Source: a virus (taxonomy: Duplodnaviria; Caudoviricetes). From it: DNA of 64,000 nt. This document shows, piece by piece, positions 38,622 through 49,039 of this stretch. Both the position numbers and the translations under genes were made by a program. Positions within the stretch are counted from its first letter, which is position 1, and every line of letters starts with the position of its first letter. A model generated the notes under the pieces. That model was given only the letters and a program-made list of their open reading frames with translations. It did not search any database and was not told where the DNA came from. The DNA lies in IMG/VR virus record IMGVR_UViG_2700989075_000001, positions 5,642 to 69,641 of that record. One strand, 5' to 3'.

Positions 38622-40333
38622 GCCTCCAGAAACTTGTCGAGCGCCCGGCTGGTGACCCGTACCGAAATCTCGTCGCTGAGGCGGGCCTTGGTCATGTCCT
38701 CGTCAATCACGATGCCCAGGGTGCGGGCGAACTTGAGCTGCGCTTCGCTGGGCTTCTGGTTGCGCCGCCAGCTGGCTTTCCGCTCGGGCAGCTGCTGGTC
38801 CGACTCGACAATCCACACCTCGGCGTTCTCCAGGGCGGTGGCCAGGTCGGTGAAGTCGGGGTCGTCGGTGTGGATGGGGTACCTGCCGCTAGCGGTTACC
38901 CAACCGCCCCGGCGGGTGCGAGTGCCCATCTGGCCGATGGCCCAGCGCACCGTGTCGGCCTGGCCCTTGGGCGGCACGCGGTAGCCCTCCGGCATGATGA
39001 ACACCACCTGGTTGTCCTCCATGAGCGGCAGGAACGGGATGCCACCCGTGGTCTCCATCCACACCAGGTCGCTGTTCGCCAGCAGGTCGATGGACACCAT
39101 GTCGACCGGCCCCTGACGAACCACCTTCATGTCGGTGTCGCCGCCGTCGCCGGGCAGCAGGTCGTCCAGCTCATCCAGTTCGATGGCCTCGCCGAACTCG
39201 TCCACCTCGCGGGTCTCGGCCCCGGTGTCGAGCGCGGTCAGGCTGACCAGCTTCATGGCGCGTGTGCTGCCCGCCAGGTCGAGCACCAGGGCGTCGTCCT
39301 TGTTCGGGTACAGCCGCAGCGCCCGACCGACCATCTGGCTGTAGAGGTTGCGGCTGCGGGTCGGCCGCGCCAGCACCACGGTGTCGCACATGGGGAAGTC
39401 CGCGCCCTCGGTGAGCACCTGCACCGTGACCAGCGCGCGGGCGGCACCGCTGCGGAAACTCTCGTAGATGGGCAGCCGGTCGGCGTAGCTGATCGCGCCG
39501 GTGACCGCGACGGCCGGATAGTCGGCGTCTGTCAGTGCGTCTGCGATGTGGTGGGCGGCGTCGACACTGGCCGCGAAGATGATCGGGCGGCGGTCGGCGG
39601 CGTGCAGCTTGATCGCGTCCACGACGTACTGCGTGCAGGCTTCCATCACCTCGGCCAGCTCGCCCTGGTGGAAGTCACCGGCCACGCTGCGCACGTCGTT
39701 GAGGGCATCCAGGCCCTTGATGCGCACCGTGAGGCCACGGGGCTGCACCAGGAAGCCCTTCTTGATGGCCCAGCGGATGTCCTTCTCGTAGCTGATCTTC
39801 TGGATAACGTCGCCCAGGCCGATCACGCCGCGCTCGTTGCGGTACATCGTGGCGGTGAGCCCGCACATCAGCGCGTCGTCGTAGCCGCCCAGCTCGCTGA
39901 ACGTGGTGTGGAAACCCTCGGCTCCGGCGTGGTGTACCTCGTCCCAGAGGATCACGTCACGCTTGCCCAGGGCCTCGCGGCGGCGGGCGGTGGCCAGCGT
40001 CTGGAGCATGGCGAACACGATGGGGCAGTGGTGGTCGTCCTCTTCGGCGCGCACGATGCCGATGTCGGAGGCGGGGATGGTGGGGTCCACGGCCAGCAGG
40101 TCGCGCTTCATCTGGTCGAGAAGTTCACCCCGGTGGGCCATGGCGACCACGCGCTGGCCGCGCCGGTATGCGCGCCGGGCAATCTCTCCGATGACGCTTG
40201 ACTTGCCGGAACCGGTGGGGAGAACGACACCTACACGGTTCTTGCCGGAGGCCCAGTCTGCCTCTACGGCATCGGCTGCGGCGACCTGGTAATCACGAAG
40301 CTGGCGCGGGGCCGGTGCTGCGGTGGTGGTCAT
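38618..40333 (-). CDS. Superfamily 2 DNA helicase
   Basis: LRDYQ, PTGSGKS, DEVHH, GLTAT, LTEGADFP, QMVGRALR. Confidence 0.95.
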   Translation of the reverse strand: MTTTAAPAPRQLRDYQVAAADAVEADWASGKNRVGVVLPTGSGKSSVIGEIARRAYRRGQRVVAMAHRGELLDQMKRDLLAVDPTIPASDIGIVRAEEDDHHCPIVFAMLQTLATARRREALGKRDVILWDEVHHAGAEGFHTTFSELGGYDDALMCGLTATMYRNERGVIGLGDVIQKISYEKDIRWAIKKGFLVQPRGLTVRIKGLDALNDVRSVAGDFHQGELAEVMEACTQYVVDAIKLHAADRRPIIFAASVDAAHHIADALTDADYPAVAVTGAISYADRLPIYESFRSGAARALVTVQVLTEGADFPMCDTVVLARPTRSRNLYSQMVGRALRLYPNKDDALVLDLAGSTRAMKLVSLTALDTGAETREVDEFGEAIELDELDDLLPGDGGDTDMKVVRQGPVDMVSIDLLANSDLVWMETTGGIPFLPLMEDNQVVFIMPEGYRVPPKGQADTVRWAIGQMGTRTRRGGWVTASGRYPIHTDDPDFTDLATALENAEVWIVESDQQLPERKASWRRNQKPSEAQLKFARTLGIVIDEDMTKARLSDEISVRVTSRALDKFLEA

Positions 40334-40430
40334 GTGTTGGCTTTCGTGTGGTTGTGGTGCTGGTGAAGTGTGGTGTTGGTGGTAGTCGCCCGGCCCCAGG
40401 TGGCAGGCCCTGGAGCCGCGCGACGTACCT

Positions 40431-40460
40431 AAACTAACCCGACTATTGCGGGTAAGTCAA
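40431..40460 (-). promoter_or_regulatory. Cassette copy C (promoter/operator only; variant core ACTATTG)
   Basis: TTGACT-N18-TAGTTT with ACCCG-N7-CGGGT, upstream of the helicase. Confidence 0.8.
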
Positions 40461-40631
40461 CTACCCGATAACTACCAGGTCGCGCGGGTCGGCACGGCGG
40501 GCACTCATGGCCCAGCTCCAGATGACGGTTGCCATCTTGCGGGGCTGGCCAGGGTAGTGCTCGGTGCGCAGCACCCTGCCGGTCCAGCTGGGGTTCAGCC
40601 GGTGCGTGACCTGGGCATTGTCGGGGATCAT
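40461..40631 (-). CDS. Small hypothetical protein (56 aa, MIPDNAQV...)
   Basis: Read manually; ATGA coupling to the upstream gene. Confidence 0.55.
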   Translation of the reverse strand: MIPDNAQVTHRLNPSWTGRVLRTEHYPGQPRKMATVIWSWAMSARRADPRDLVVIG

Positions 40632-40852
40632 TCGTACCGGCCGTCGTAGTCGGGCATGAACACGTCCACGTCGCGCAACTGCTCCACGTCGGTGAGTGCC
40701 ATCGTGACCTCCACGGCGGTGCGGACGTTGCCCAGCTTGGCCAGGGCCTCGCGCACGGCGTCGGTGACGCGCTGCTCGGCCTCCTCCACGGTGTTGGCGA
40801 AGTTGGGCGGTACGTCCACGGAAGCGCTAATGCCAGCGCGAATGACCATCAC
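40628..40852 (-). CDS. Hypothetical protein
   Basis: GTGA-coupled ORF. Confidence 0.6.
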   Translation of the reverse strand: MMVIRAGISASVDVPPNFANTVEEAEQRVTDAVREALAKLGNVRTAVEVTMALTDVEQLRDVDVFMPDYDGRYE

Positions 40853-41247
40853 GGTGCGATCCAACCGGGCTCGTCCCAGAGCGGCGTGTTCACCGCGCCG
40901 GGCGCGTCACTGACCTCGTAACGCTCCACCCCGTTGCTGCTGAACGGCACATAGCGGGCCGGGTAGAACGTGCAGCTGCTGTAGCCGTACCCGCCTCCGT
41001 AGCAGCTGCTGTAGGCGTTGATGGTGTGCGCCGGGGTGTAGAACTCCCGCAGGCGCGTCCAGCTGCCGTCGGGATGGCGGGCACTGTCGCACAGATCGCG
41101 CCGGGTGCCCTTGCCCAGCCAGATGCCGCTGGTGGTCTGGCAGGTGAAGCCCGGCGGGTCAGCCTTGGCCTCCACGGTGGCCGCGCCAAACGCCACCACC
41201 AGCAGGGCGCTCAGGCTGACGACGGCCAGTGCGATGCGGCGCTTCAC
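40849..41247 (-). CDS. Secreted CDGP-like domain protein
   Basis: Signal peptide, then CDSARHPDGSWTRLREF...EPG motif. Confidence 0.65.
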   Translation of the reverse strand: MKRRIALAVVSLSALLVVAFGAATVEAKADPPGFTCQTTSGIWLGKGTRRDLCDSARHPDGSWTRLREFYTPAHTINAYSSCYGGGYGYSSCTFYPARYVPFSSNGVERYEVSDAPGAVNTPLWDEPGWIAP

Positions 41248-41705
41248 TGGTCAGCCACCTCTCCGGCAGCAGCCTTGAACACGTGGGCCAGCCTGGTGAG
41301 GCCCAGCAGCTTCAGCTCGTTGGCGCTCACCACGTCGCCGCTGGCGGCGTTCAGCACCTCCAGCAGAGCGTTCGTCTCGGACAACTGCGCCGCACTCAGC
41401 AAGCCCGTGGGCGCGGTAACCGCCTTGCGGATGTCGTAGTCGCTGGGCGCGGAATAGAACACATACTCCACGTCGCTGACGCCCAGAGCCTTGCGGGCGT
41501 CGTAGGCGCTGGGCGCGGCACCCTTGCGGATCTGCTGCGTGAGGTAATCACGCAGCTTGCCCATGGTCTGGGGTGACCGCTCGCCCCGGTGGTTGTCGCG
41601 GAAGTCCTTCACCGCCTTGGCGTGGTCGGCCTGGGACTTCTGATGGTTGGCGATGGCTGCCTTCGCGGTCTTGATGAGGGCAGCGCGGTTGAACGTAACG
41701 GCCAT
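41244..41705 (-). CDS. Hypothetical protein
   Basis: AAGGAG RBS with start-associated motif. Confidence 0.7.
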   Translation of the reverse strand: MAVTFNRAALIKTAKAAIANHQKSQADHAKAVKDFRDNHRGERSPQTMGKLRDYLTQQIRKGAAPSAYDARKALGVSDVEYVFYSAPSDYDIRKAVTAPTGLLSAAQLSETNALLEVLNAASGDVVSANELKLLGLTRLAHVFKAAAGEVADQ

Positions 41706-41737
41706 GGTGCGGGTACTCCTTCGTGGTTGTGTTGCGG

Positions 41738-44539
41738 TTAGTCCTGGTCGTTGACTTCGGCAGCGGCCAGGTTGCGGGCCTGATCGGCGGTGTTCACGCT
41801 CGGGATGTAGCGCGCCCCCGAAGGGGTGCCGGTCAGGGTCTCGATCAGCGAGTACCGCAAGCCCTTGTCGACGGCTTCGGCAATGCGCTGCTTCCAGTAG
41901 ACGGGCGTGTCGGCCCGGCTCATGGCGTAGGGGTCCGGCCGCACGGCCAGGACAATCTCGGTGCGCGTGGCACCCTGCTGTGTCAGGTTGTCCACGAACC
42001 GGCGAATGCGGATCGCGGTCTCCACGATGGGCTCGGGCAGCGGGCGCGACAGCACGACCTCGCCCTGCATCGGATCCACGTTGCCGTTCGGGCCGGTGAT
42101 CAACGGGGCTGACACGTCACCCTCCAGGTGGTGGTTGATCATCAGCAGCGGGATGGGGTTCTCCAGCTGCTCGGCGTTCTTCTGCTTGCTGGTGGTGATC
42201 TCGATGCACTTGCCGGGCAGCCGCCCGTCGTCGTCGGCAATCTGGCTCACGTCCCAGGTAGCCATCCGCACCAGCAGCTCGCTGTCCAGCGCACCGTTGA
42301 GGGCACTGCTGCCGCGTGCGGTGTCGGGGCTGCCCTTGGCGGTGTGGTGGACCACGCAGACGCCCGCATTGGTCAGCTCGCGCAGCTTGTCGAACCGGCG
42401 CACCGCCTTGCCCACGTCGGTCGCGGAGTTCTCCTCCAGCCCGGCGCTCATGCGGGCGAACGTGTCGAACACCACCAGGCCGATGCCCTGTCGCACGATG
42501 TAGGCGGCAATCTCGCCCCAGGCTTCGTTCTGGGCGCTGACCAGGATGATGCCGTTGCCCAGCAGCAGGTCGTCGGCCAGGTCCACGTCGTGGGCGTCTT
42601 CCCACGCCTTGAGGCGCTGCACCGCACCGCTCAGGCCCTCGCCGGGCAGGTACAGCACGCGCGTCTTGCGGGTCGTGCGCCCCTGCCAGTTCTTGCCGGT
42701 GGCGATGTGGCAGAGCATGTCCAGTACGACCGTCGACTTGCCTACCCCAGGCGGGCCGATCACGCTGCTGAGCCCGCCGTGCTCAATCAGCCCGTCGATG
42801 ATGTACTCCGGCGGCGGCATGTCCCGCCAGTGGCTGAACGGGGCGATGCGCGGCACCCCGCTGTGCGTCGAATCGAATACGTCGGGGTCGGGGTCGTCTA
42901 CCTCGTCGGCGTAGGGGCTGTCGTCGGACTTGCCGAAGTCGGCGGGCAGGTCCGACAGGTCGGCGGCGTAGTCCACCGAGGTGTCGGCCAGCCGCTCCTC
43001 CACCAGGTCGGGGGCCTCGATCAGGTGGTCGTCGCCCTCGGTGGTCTGGTGGTACCAGGCCCCGTCGGTGCCCTCGAATGCGGCGTCCGGCCCGATGGTC
43101 TCGCCGCACTGGCAGACCACCGTGTTGTCCTCGGTCTGGTCCTCGGGGTAGATGTTGCGATCCTGCTGCTCGCGCACGGCGCGCTCGGACTCGTCCACCT
43201 CGGGCAGGTCGAACTCCCCGTCGCCGTTCATGCGGTGCTCGCGGTCGATGCCCTTGGGGTCCAGGCCCGGCTCCACCGACAGGTCCGGCGTCACGTCCAT
43301 GTCGTCCATGGCCTTGCCGACGTTGCCGCCGTAGTTGATCAGCGCCACCGCCTGGAGCTTGCTGATGGTGCTGGTGCCCTTCTCGGCCACCCATGCGTCA
43401 AACGGCTCGGCAGGGTTGTCGGTCCAGATGTGCAGCGGCGCGTTCGTCTCGGTGTACCGGCCAGCGGTGCAGCCGGTGTCGTGCGCGGTGGCGCTCTTGG
43501 GGCTGGCGTGCACGCCCGGCGCTGTCCACACGGCACAGCCGCAGCTGTCGGCGCGCGGAGCCGGGGTCCAGCCCAGCGGCTCCAGGATGCTGGCCCAGCT
43601 CACGTTCTCGGCCCAGCGGTCGATGTGCGTAGCAAGTTCGGGGTTCTCGGCCCTGTCACCTGCGGCCAGTTCTGCGCGCTGTACGCGCCGCTCACCGGCC
43701 TGCATGATGGCCTCGCCCAGCCAGTCCGGCAGGTCGTACACGTGGCCCAGCTGTTCGTACGCGCCCTCGGGCCGGGTCGACGGCGGGATCAGCACGTAGC
43801 GGCGGTCCCAGAGCACCGCGAACCCGTTGTCGCCGCCCCAGGTCATCGCACCGATGCCGCTGGCGGTATTGCTGCGGGGCAGCACCGGCCACAGCTCGTC
43901 GGGGACGGTGAACCAGAAGTGGCCGCCGTCGGCGTGCGCCCAGGTGCTGGGGTCGTCGGGGTCGGCGTCCGGCCCAACCTGGCCGGGCGTGACGATGGTG
44001 GGCGCGGGCCGGGCGTCCTCGGGAATTTCGGCGACCTCGAACCACCGGTCCACCTGGGCGGCGGTGTCGCAGTCGATGACCACCACGCCGGAGCCGCCCA
44101 CCTCCACCGCCAGGTTGACGGCGGCGGGCTTGGTCATCACGATGGTGCCCGCGTCCTCGCCCTTCTTGTTCCACGGGCATTCGACGCCGGGCGTCCCGTC
44201 CTGCTCCAGCTCAGCCCAGGTGCTGAACAGCTGGATGTAGCGCTTGAGGTAGCGCTCCAGAACTGCCTTGTCGTCGGTGGCCAGCGCCAGCCCGGCACCG
44301 GACTTCACGGTCTGCCAGTCGCGCCGCCCGGCATCGCGGGCCTCCTCCTGGGCAGCCTTGTCGTCGGCGCGCTTCTTGGCCGGGGTGCGCAGGTCGGCGG
44401 GCACCTTGCTGTCGGGGTAGATGAACAGCAGATGCAGACCGAGGTCGGCAGCCTGCCGGATGAACGCGCGCACGGCTTCGTGGTCGGTGTTGTCGACACC
44501 GGAGCCAAGCACTGCCTCCAGCGGTTTGGAACCAAGCAT
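41738..44539 (-). CDS. Primase-polymerase fused to RepA-like (AAA_25) helicase
   Basis: N-terminal VVIDCD...TPG...GGHFWF...YVLIPPS; C-terminal GPPGVGKST, VFDTFAR, VHHTAK, RGSSAL. Confidence 0.9.
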   Translation of the reverse strand: MLGSKPLEAVLGSGVDNTDHEAVRAFIRQAADLGLHLLFIYPDSKVPADLRTPAKKRADDKAAQEEARDAGRRDWQTVKSGAGLALATDDKAVLERYLKRYIQLFSTWAELEQDGTPGVECPWNKKGEDAGTIVMTKPAAVNLAVEVGGSGVVVIDCDTAAQVDRWFEVAEIPEDARPAPTIVTPGQVGPDADPDDPSTWAHADGGHFWFTVPDELWPVLPRSNTASGIGAMTWGGDNGFAVLWDRRYVLIPPSTRPEGAYEQLGHVYDLPDWLGEAIMQAGERRVQRAELAAGDRAENPELATHIDRWAENVSWASILEPLGWTPAPRADSCGCAVWTAPGVHASPKSATAHDTGCTAGRYTETNAPLHIWTDNPAEPFDAWVAEKGTSTISKLQAVALINYGGNVGKAMDDMDVTPDLSVEPGLDPKGIDREHRMNGDGEFDLPEVDESERAVREQQDRNIYPEDQTEDNTVVCQCGETIGPDAAFEGTDGAWYHQTTEGDDHLIEAPDLVEERLADTSVDYAADLSDLPADFGKSDDSPYADEVDDPDPDVFDSTHSGVPRIAPFSHWRDMPPPEYIIDGLIEHGGLSSVIGPPGVGKSTVVLDMLCHIATGKNWQGRTTRKTRVLYLPGEGLSGAVQRLKAWEDAHDVDLADDLLLGNGIILVSAQNEAWGEIAAYIVRQGIGLVVFDTFARMSAGLEENSATDVGKAVRRFDKLRELTNAGVCVVHHTAKGSPDTARGSSALNGALDSELLVRMATWDVSQIADDDGRLPGKCIEITTSKQKNAEQLENPIPLLMINHHLEGDVSAPLITGPNGNVDPMQGEVVLSRPLPEPIVETAIRIRRFVDNLTQQGATRTEIVLAVRPDPYAMSRADTPVYWKQRIAEAVDKGLRYSLIETLTGTPSGARYIPSVNTADQARNLAAAEVNDQD

Positions 44540-44571
44540 GAACAGGGCCTTTCGTGGTTGTGGTTGTGCGG

Positions 44572-45264
44572 TTAGACGTAGCGGCCGGGCTTGCTGGCGA
44601 TGCCGCCCCCGAGTGCCAGGTAGCCCACCCCGTCGGTCCAGCTGTCGGCGTGGTTGGGCGTCTTGATCAGCCGGGCCACCTTCACCAGGGCCATGCAGAT
44701 CGCCACCTGCTCGGCGGTGACTTCGTGGCCGAACACCACCGCCCAGAGCGCACCGGTCTCGGTGAAATTCTGCTCGGCATCACCGTAGACGGCGTTGCGG
44801 TCGTTGTTGACCAGATCGGCGGCGGTGGCGCAGATGGCCCCGGCGCGCTGGCCGGTGGTCTGGTTCTCAGCGGCCATCTTGACCAGAGCGTCGTGGCGGG
44901 CCTTGAGCCTGCCCGCCTTCACCTCCGGCGGCAGCTCGCCGCACAGGTCCAGATACTGCTCGCGGGCCGACAACCCTGTCAGCGGCGCGATGTCCATTTC
45001 GATAGGCCCGCCCTGGTGGCAGTGGCAGCCCAGCGAGTGCGCCTCGTTGGGGCAGGCGGCGGTCTTGGGCTTGTCGTCGGGCACGGCGGTCTCCTCGGTG
45101 GTTGTGGTCGTGGTACGGGGCAGCTTAGCGGCGGCAATCTCGCGCTCGAATGCGCCGCAGTCGCACCCGGTGCCAGCGGGTGTGAGGAACGAACAGAACG
45201 GGCTGTGCAGCACCCGGCCGTCGACAATGCGGCCGGGGATGTCGCCCTTCACGCGCGGGTCCAT
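44572..45264 (-). CDS. Protein with C-terminal DUF6378-like (nucleotide pyrophosphohydrolase-like) domain
   Basis: DRNAVYGDAEQNF...MALVKVARL...DSWTDGVGY. Strong internal start GTG 45084. Confidence 0.65.
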   Translation of the reverse strand: MDPRVKGDIPGRIVDGRVLHSPFCSFLTPAGTGCDCGAFEREIAAAKLPRTTTTTTEETAVPDDKPKTAACPNEAHSLGCHCHQGGPIEMDIAPLTGLSAREQYLDLCGELPPEVKAGRLKARHDALVKMAAENQTTGQRAGAICATAADLVNNDRNAVYGDAEQNFTETGALWAVVFGHEVTAEQVAICMALVKVARLIKTPNHADSWTDGVGYLALGGGIASKPGRYV

Positions 45265-45443
45265 TCCGTTACCGCCTGGCGGCTGACGCCCAGCGCCTTG
45301 GCCAGCTCGGTGTTCGTTACGCCCTCGGCGTGGTACTGCGTGGCGGCGCGGTGGGCTGCCTCCATGGCCCGGCGCACGTCGCGGCGGGCGGTGGCCAGCT
45401 GCTGGCCGACGTGCTCCAGGTGGCGACGCTGTTCGTCGGTCAT
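45249..45443 (-). CDS. Small HTH DNA-binding protein
   Basis: GVTNTELAKALGVSRQAVTEW; ATGA coupling to the polymerase gene. Confidence 0.7.
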   Translation of the reverse strand: MTDEQRRHLEHVGQQLATARRDVRRAMEAAHRAATQYHAEGVTNTELAKALGVSRQAVTEWTRA

Positions 45444-47269
45444 ACCTTGGCCCAAGCACTTCCCATGTCGGCGCGGTCGGTACGCAGCACCGGCACCCGC
45501 TCGGCCCAGGTGATCAGGAACTCCGGCGGTGTGAGCATGATCTGCTGGACCTCCTCGGCCACCTCGGTGTCCACCACCAGCTCGTCGTGCATGGCCAGCT
45601 GCAAGTGGTCACCGATGCCGCGCCGGTCCATTTCCACGACGCTGTTGGCCAGCACGTCGTAGGCGCTGCCCTGGATGGCGTAGTTCACCGCTTTGTACTC
45701 GTAACCAGGATCAACCGGCAGAATGCGCCCGCCAGCGGTGACCACCCGGCCGTACGTCTCGGCTACGTTCTGCACCTTGCGCATCCACCGCTCGCAGCCC
45801 TTCATCGCCTCGAACATCTGCCGCCTGATCTGCGCGGCCGACTCCTCGGTGTGGCCGATCTGGCGTGCCAGCTTGGCGATGCCCAGCCCGTACATGGTGC
45901 CCAGAAGCACCACCTTGGCCACCGGCCGGTCGATTCCGGCACTACGCTGAATGGGCTCGTACAGATCCTCCCCGGCCTCGAACGGTGCCAGGAACTCATG
46001 GTCCTTGGCCATCAGCGCCATGGTCACCGGCTCGATCTGCGACCAGTCGATACTGGTCAGGCCCTGCCCGTCGTCGGTGATGATCGCGCGGGCGTCGGCG
46101 GGGAACTGTTGCAGCTCGGGGCTGCCGTAGGCCATGCGGCCGGTGGCGCTGGCACCCAGCACGCCGACCTGCGGGTGACACCGGCCGGTCACCGACGCCT
46201 GCCGGTCAACCTTCTCCAGGTAGCCCATGACCTTCTCGATGGTCGCCAGCTTGCGCTGTGCCGCCGCCAGCGGATGGTCCAGCCCGTCGAGGTCGGCCTT
46301 GGTGGCGCGCAGCTTCTTGGTCGGCGTGCGGGGCCAGGGTTCGGGCAGCTCGCCGCGCTGGTACAGGTACTCAACCAACTTCGCGCCCTTGCCGCTGCCG
46401 CCCTCCAGCCCGTGCGCGGCCAGCTCGGCAATGGCCAGGTTGCGGTCGATGTCCACCTGCTCGGCGTAGCGGTCCAAGTAGGCGCGGTCCACCGCCAGGC
46501 CGACGGCCGACCGGCGCAGCATCACGCGGTGAACGGTTTCCTGCGTCCACAGCAGCTGCTCGGCCTCGGCGTCGGTGGTGGCCCCGTAGGTGCTGAACGG
46601 ATGGTCGGTGGCCCAGTGCAGCGCCTTGGCGCGCATCAGCGGCTCGAGCCGCAGGGTAGCCACGGTGTCGGCCATGGCACCGTACCGGTACACCGGGCTG
46701 GTGATGTCCATGCCCTCGAAACCGGCAGCCTGCGTCTTGTAACCAGCCGCCTTGAAAGCCCGCTCCAGCCCGCCCTTGTCGTCATCCAGGCCCAGGTGGC
46801 GCACGCTGAGCGCGGTCAGGTTCTTGGGCACCATCACGTCCGGCACGGCGAACCGGCTGATCAACAGCGTGTCCACGATGCGCTTGATGGTGTTGTCGTT
46901 GATCAGGCCCGCGTGGTACAGCGGCGGCGCGTCGAACGGCACGTTGTGGAACGCCACCGTGCGGGCGGCGTGCAGCAGCGCCACCGCGACCTCGAAATGC
47001 TCCTCGTCGCGGGCCGGGTCCAGCAGGATGGTCTGCGTGCCGCCGTCGGGCCAGTCCCAGGCAGCGGTCACGCAGTTGATCGTGAACACGTTGTCCAGGC
47101 CCGGCGTCTCGATATCGAACGCGATGGGCGTGCTGCGGTGCGGCAGCCGGGTGCAGAACCTATCGGCGGCGCGCACCGCCTCAGCCCCGGTGTGCATGGT
47201 GGCATCCAGCACGGGGTCGTACCAGCTGCGGCTCGGCACACGGGGGACGGCGGTGGTTGTCTCTGTCAT
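45440..47269 (-). CDS. polA: DNA polymerase I (family A, with 3'-5' exonuclease domain)
   Basis: FDIET, FHN..FD, ATGRM, DWSQIEP, AKVVLLGTMYG, NYAIQGSAYD, MHDEL. Confidence 0.95.
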   Translation of the reverse strand: MTETTTAVPRVPSRSWYDPVLDATMHTGAEAVRAADRFCTRLPHRSTPIAFDIETPGLDNVFTINCVTAAWDWPDGGTQTILLDPARDEEHFEVAVALLHAARTVAFHNVPFDAPPLYHAGLINDNTIKRIVDTLLISRFAVPDVMVPKNLTALSVRHLGLDDDKGGLERAFKAAGYKTQAAGFEGMDITSPVYRYGAMADTVATLRLEPLMRAKALHWATDHPFSTYGATTDAEAEQLLWTQETVHRVMLRRSAVGLAVDRAYLDRYAEQVDIDRNLAIAELAAHGLEGGSGKGAKLVEYLYQRGELPEPWPRTPTKKLRATKADLDGLDHPLAAAQRKLATIEKVMGYLEKVDRQASVTGRCHPQVGVLGASATGRMAYGSPELQQFPADARAIITDDGQGLTSIDWSQIEPVTMALMAKDHEFLAPFEAGEDLYEPIQRSAGIDRPVAKVVLLGTMYGLGIAKLARQIGHTEESAAQIRRQMFEAMKGCERWMRKVQNVAETYGRVVTAGGRILPVDPGYEYKAVNYAIQGSAYDVLANSVVEMDRRGIGDHLQLAMHDELVVDTEVAEEVQQIMLTPPEFLITWAERVPVLRTDRADMGSAWAKV

Positions 47270-47850
47270 GCCGGGGTCTCATTCCAGGCGTCGGCCAGCG
47301 CGGCGCGCAGCTCGTCGGCGGTGGCGTCGTCACCCACGCGGCTGATGGCCGCGAACAGTGCGTCCTCCAGCTCTTGGCGCATCTGAGTCCGGCCTTCCTT
47401 GGTGCCCAGCTCCTCGGCGTCGGCCACCTTCTCAGACAGCTCGTCCTCGGTGTACATCGTCTCGTTGTCGATGTCCTCCTGCTGCTGGGCACCGTCGGCA
47501 TGGCCCTCGTCGTACTTGGCTGCCAGCTGGTCGTCGGTGACGGCCGGGCCAGCCATGGAGCCAGCGGTGCCCGGCGGGCAGGTGTACTGGCCGGTCTCGG
47601 TGTGAATCCAGCCCCGGTCAGGCCCGTTGGTGGTGTGTACCGGATGGCTGCACTCAGGGCACGCGCCCCGGTCGGTCAGGTACTCGGTGGCAGTGGTAAG
47701 CGGGTCGGCCACCGGTGGAGCTGCTTCCCGCTCGGCAGCGGCGCGCTTCATGCGCTTGAGCATGGCGGCGCTCACGTTGCCCACGATGTCACCGTGGTTC
47801 TCCAGCAGGGCCACGGCGGCGTTCAGCTCGGCTGCGGTTGGGGTGGTCAC
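47266..47850 (-). CDS. Hypothetical protein
   Basis: Coupled ORF with a CxxC motif. Confidence 0.7.
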   Translation of the reverse strand: MTTPTAAELNAAVALLENHGDIVGNVSAAMLKRMKRAAAEREAAPPVADPLTTATEYLTDRGACPECSHPVHTTNGPDRGWIHTETGQYTCPPGTAGSMAGPAVTDDQLAAKYDEGHADGAQQQEDIDNETMYTEDELSEKVADAEELGTKEGRTQMRQELEDALFAAISRVGDDATADELRAALADAWNETPA

Positions 47851-48575
47851 TCGTACACCTTTCCGATCACGTATTCGGCCGACTCCTTGGTCAGGCCCCG
47901 GTCTTTCAGCGGGCGCAGCACCTCGGCCACTTCGCCCAGCAATGGCACCTCGTCAGGGTGCAGCATGACCGGCGCACCGCGCACCGGCCTGGGGCCTTCC
48001 CAGCCATCCACGCTCAGCTCGTCCACCCGGCCGTCGCTGTAGCGCACCCGCACCTCGCCCAGGGGCGGCGCTGTCACGTCGACCACCACCTGGACAATCT
48101 CGGTACCGGCCTCTGGCTCGTCGGGGTCCAGGTAGTCCTCGAACTCCGACGCCAGGGACAAGGTGATGGCCGCAGGCCCGCCCCGTCCGGTGTTCACGCG
48201 GCTGGCGCACTCCAGGGCCTTCTCGCGCGCCCAGGTACCGCCGTGGTCCAGCACACCGCTGGCCAGCGTTTCGGCGAACGGCAGCAGCTCACTGCCCAGG
48301 TAGTGCTCGGCGCGGTACTCGCCGAAGCGCACCACCTGACACGGGAACGTGACACCGGCGCTCTCGATGGTCTGCGGATCCCAGCCGCCAGGGCTGATCC
48401 ACACGTCCACCTGGGGGAAGCCCGACTCGGTGGTGACCTCGCGGCGCACGAACGCCACCGCCTCGCTGGTTACGTCGCCGGGGATGCGCAGCCAGCTGAT
48501 GATGGTGCCGTCGGGCAGGGTGCGCAGATGGCCCTCGTCGCGGATGCCGGTCTGGCCGGTGCCGTAGGCGGTCAT
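47847..48575 (-). CDS. Hypothetical protein
   Basis: Coupled acidic ORF. Confidence 0.7.
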   Translation of the reverse strand: MTAYGTGQTGIRDEGHLRTLPDGTIISWLRIPGDVTSEAVAFVRREVTTESGFPQVDVWISPGGWDPQTIESAGVTFPCQVVRFGEYRAEHYLGSELLPFAETLASGVLDHGGTWAREKALECASRVNTGRGGPAAITLSLASEFEDYLDPDEPEAGTEIVQVVVDVTAPPLGEVRVRYSDGRVDELSVDGWEGPRPVRGAPVMLHPDEVPLLGEVAEVLRPLKDRGLTKESAEYVIGKVYE

Positions 48576-49006
48576 TCCTGGTCACCACCGTTGGCGGCGA
48601 CACCGGCCACCGCCTGCTCGTAGGCGGTCAGCGCTGCGGCCACCTGGTCGGGAAGCTGGGCCTTGTCCAGATGGCGGCTGCCGTACTCGCGCCACTCCCG
48701 TTTGCGGGTCATCTTGTCGCTGACGCCGCCCGCCTTGAGGCGCTGCGGGCCGGTGAGCGTGACCTGCTGGAGGTGCCCGTCATCCCAGCGGGCGGTCATA
48801 AACTCCGGCTGGAACGTGGCGGTGCGGCTGAACTCGGCGGCGCGGTCGGGCAGCGCGCCCGGCCGAATGCCGAAGCGGGCCACGTGGTCAATGCTGGTTT
48901 CGGGGTCGTTGTTCTGCGTGCGCCGCACCTTGGTGGTCGTGGTGCTGGACAGCCAGTCGATGTCGGTGGTGCCGGTGACCGGCCCCTCGATAAAGCCCAG
49001 GGACAT
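48572..49006 (-). CDS. Hypothetical protein
   Basis: AAGGAG RBS with start-associated motif. Confidence 0.7.
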   Translation of the reverse strand: MSLGFIEGPVTGTTDIDWLSSTTTTKVRRTQNNDPETSIDHVARFGIRPGALPDRAAEFSRTATFQPEFMTARWDDGHLQQVTLTGPQRLKAGGVSDKMTRKREWREYGSRHLDKAQLPDQVAAALTAYEQAVAGVAANGGDQE

Positions 49007-49039
49007 GGCGGTTCTCCTTCGTGGTTGTGGTGGGGCGGA

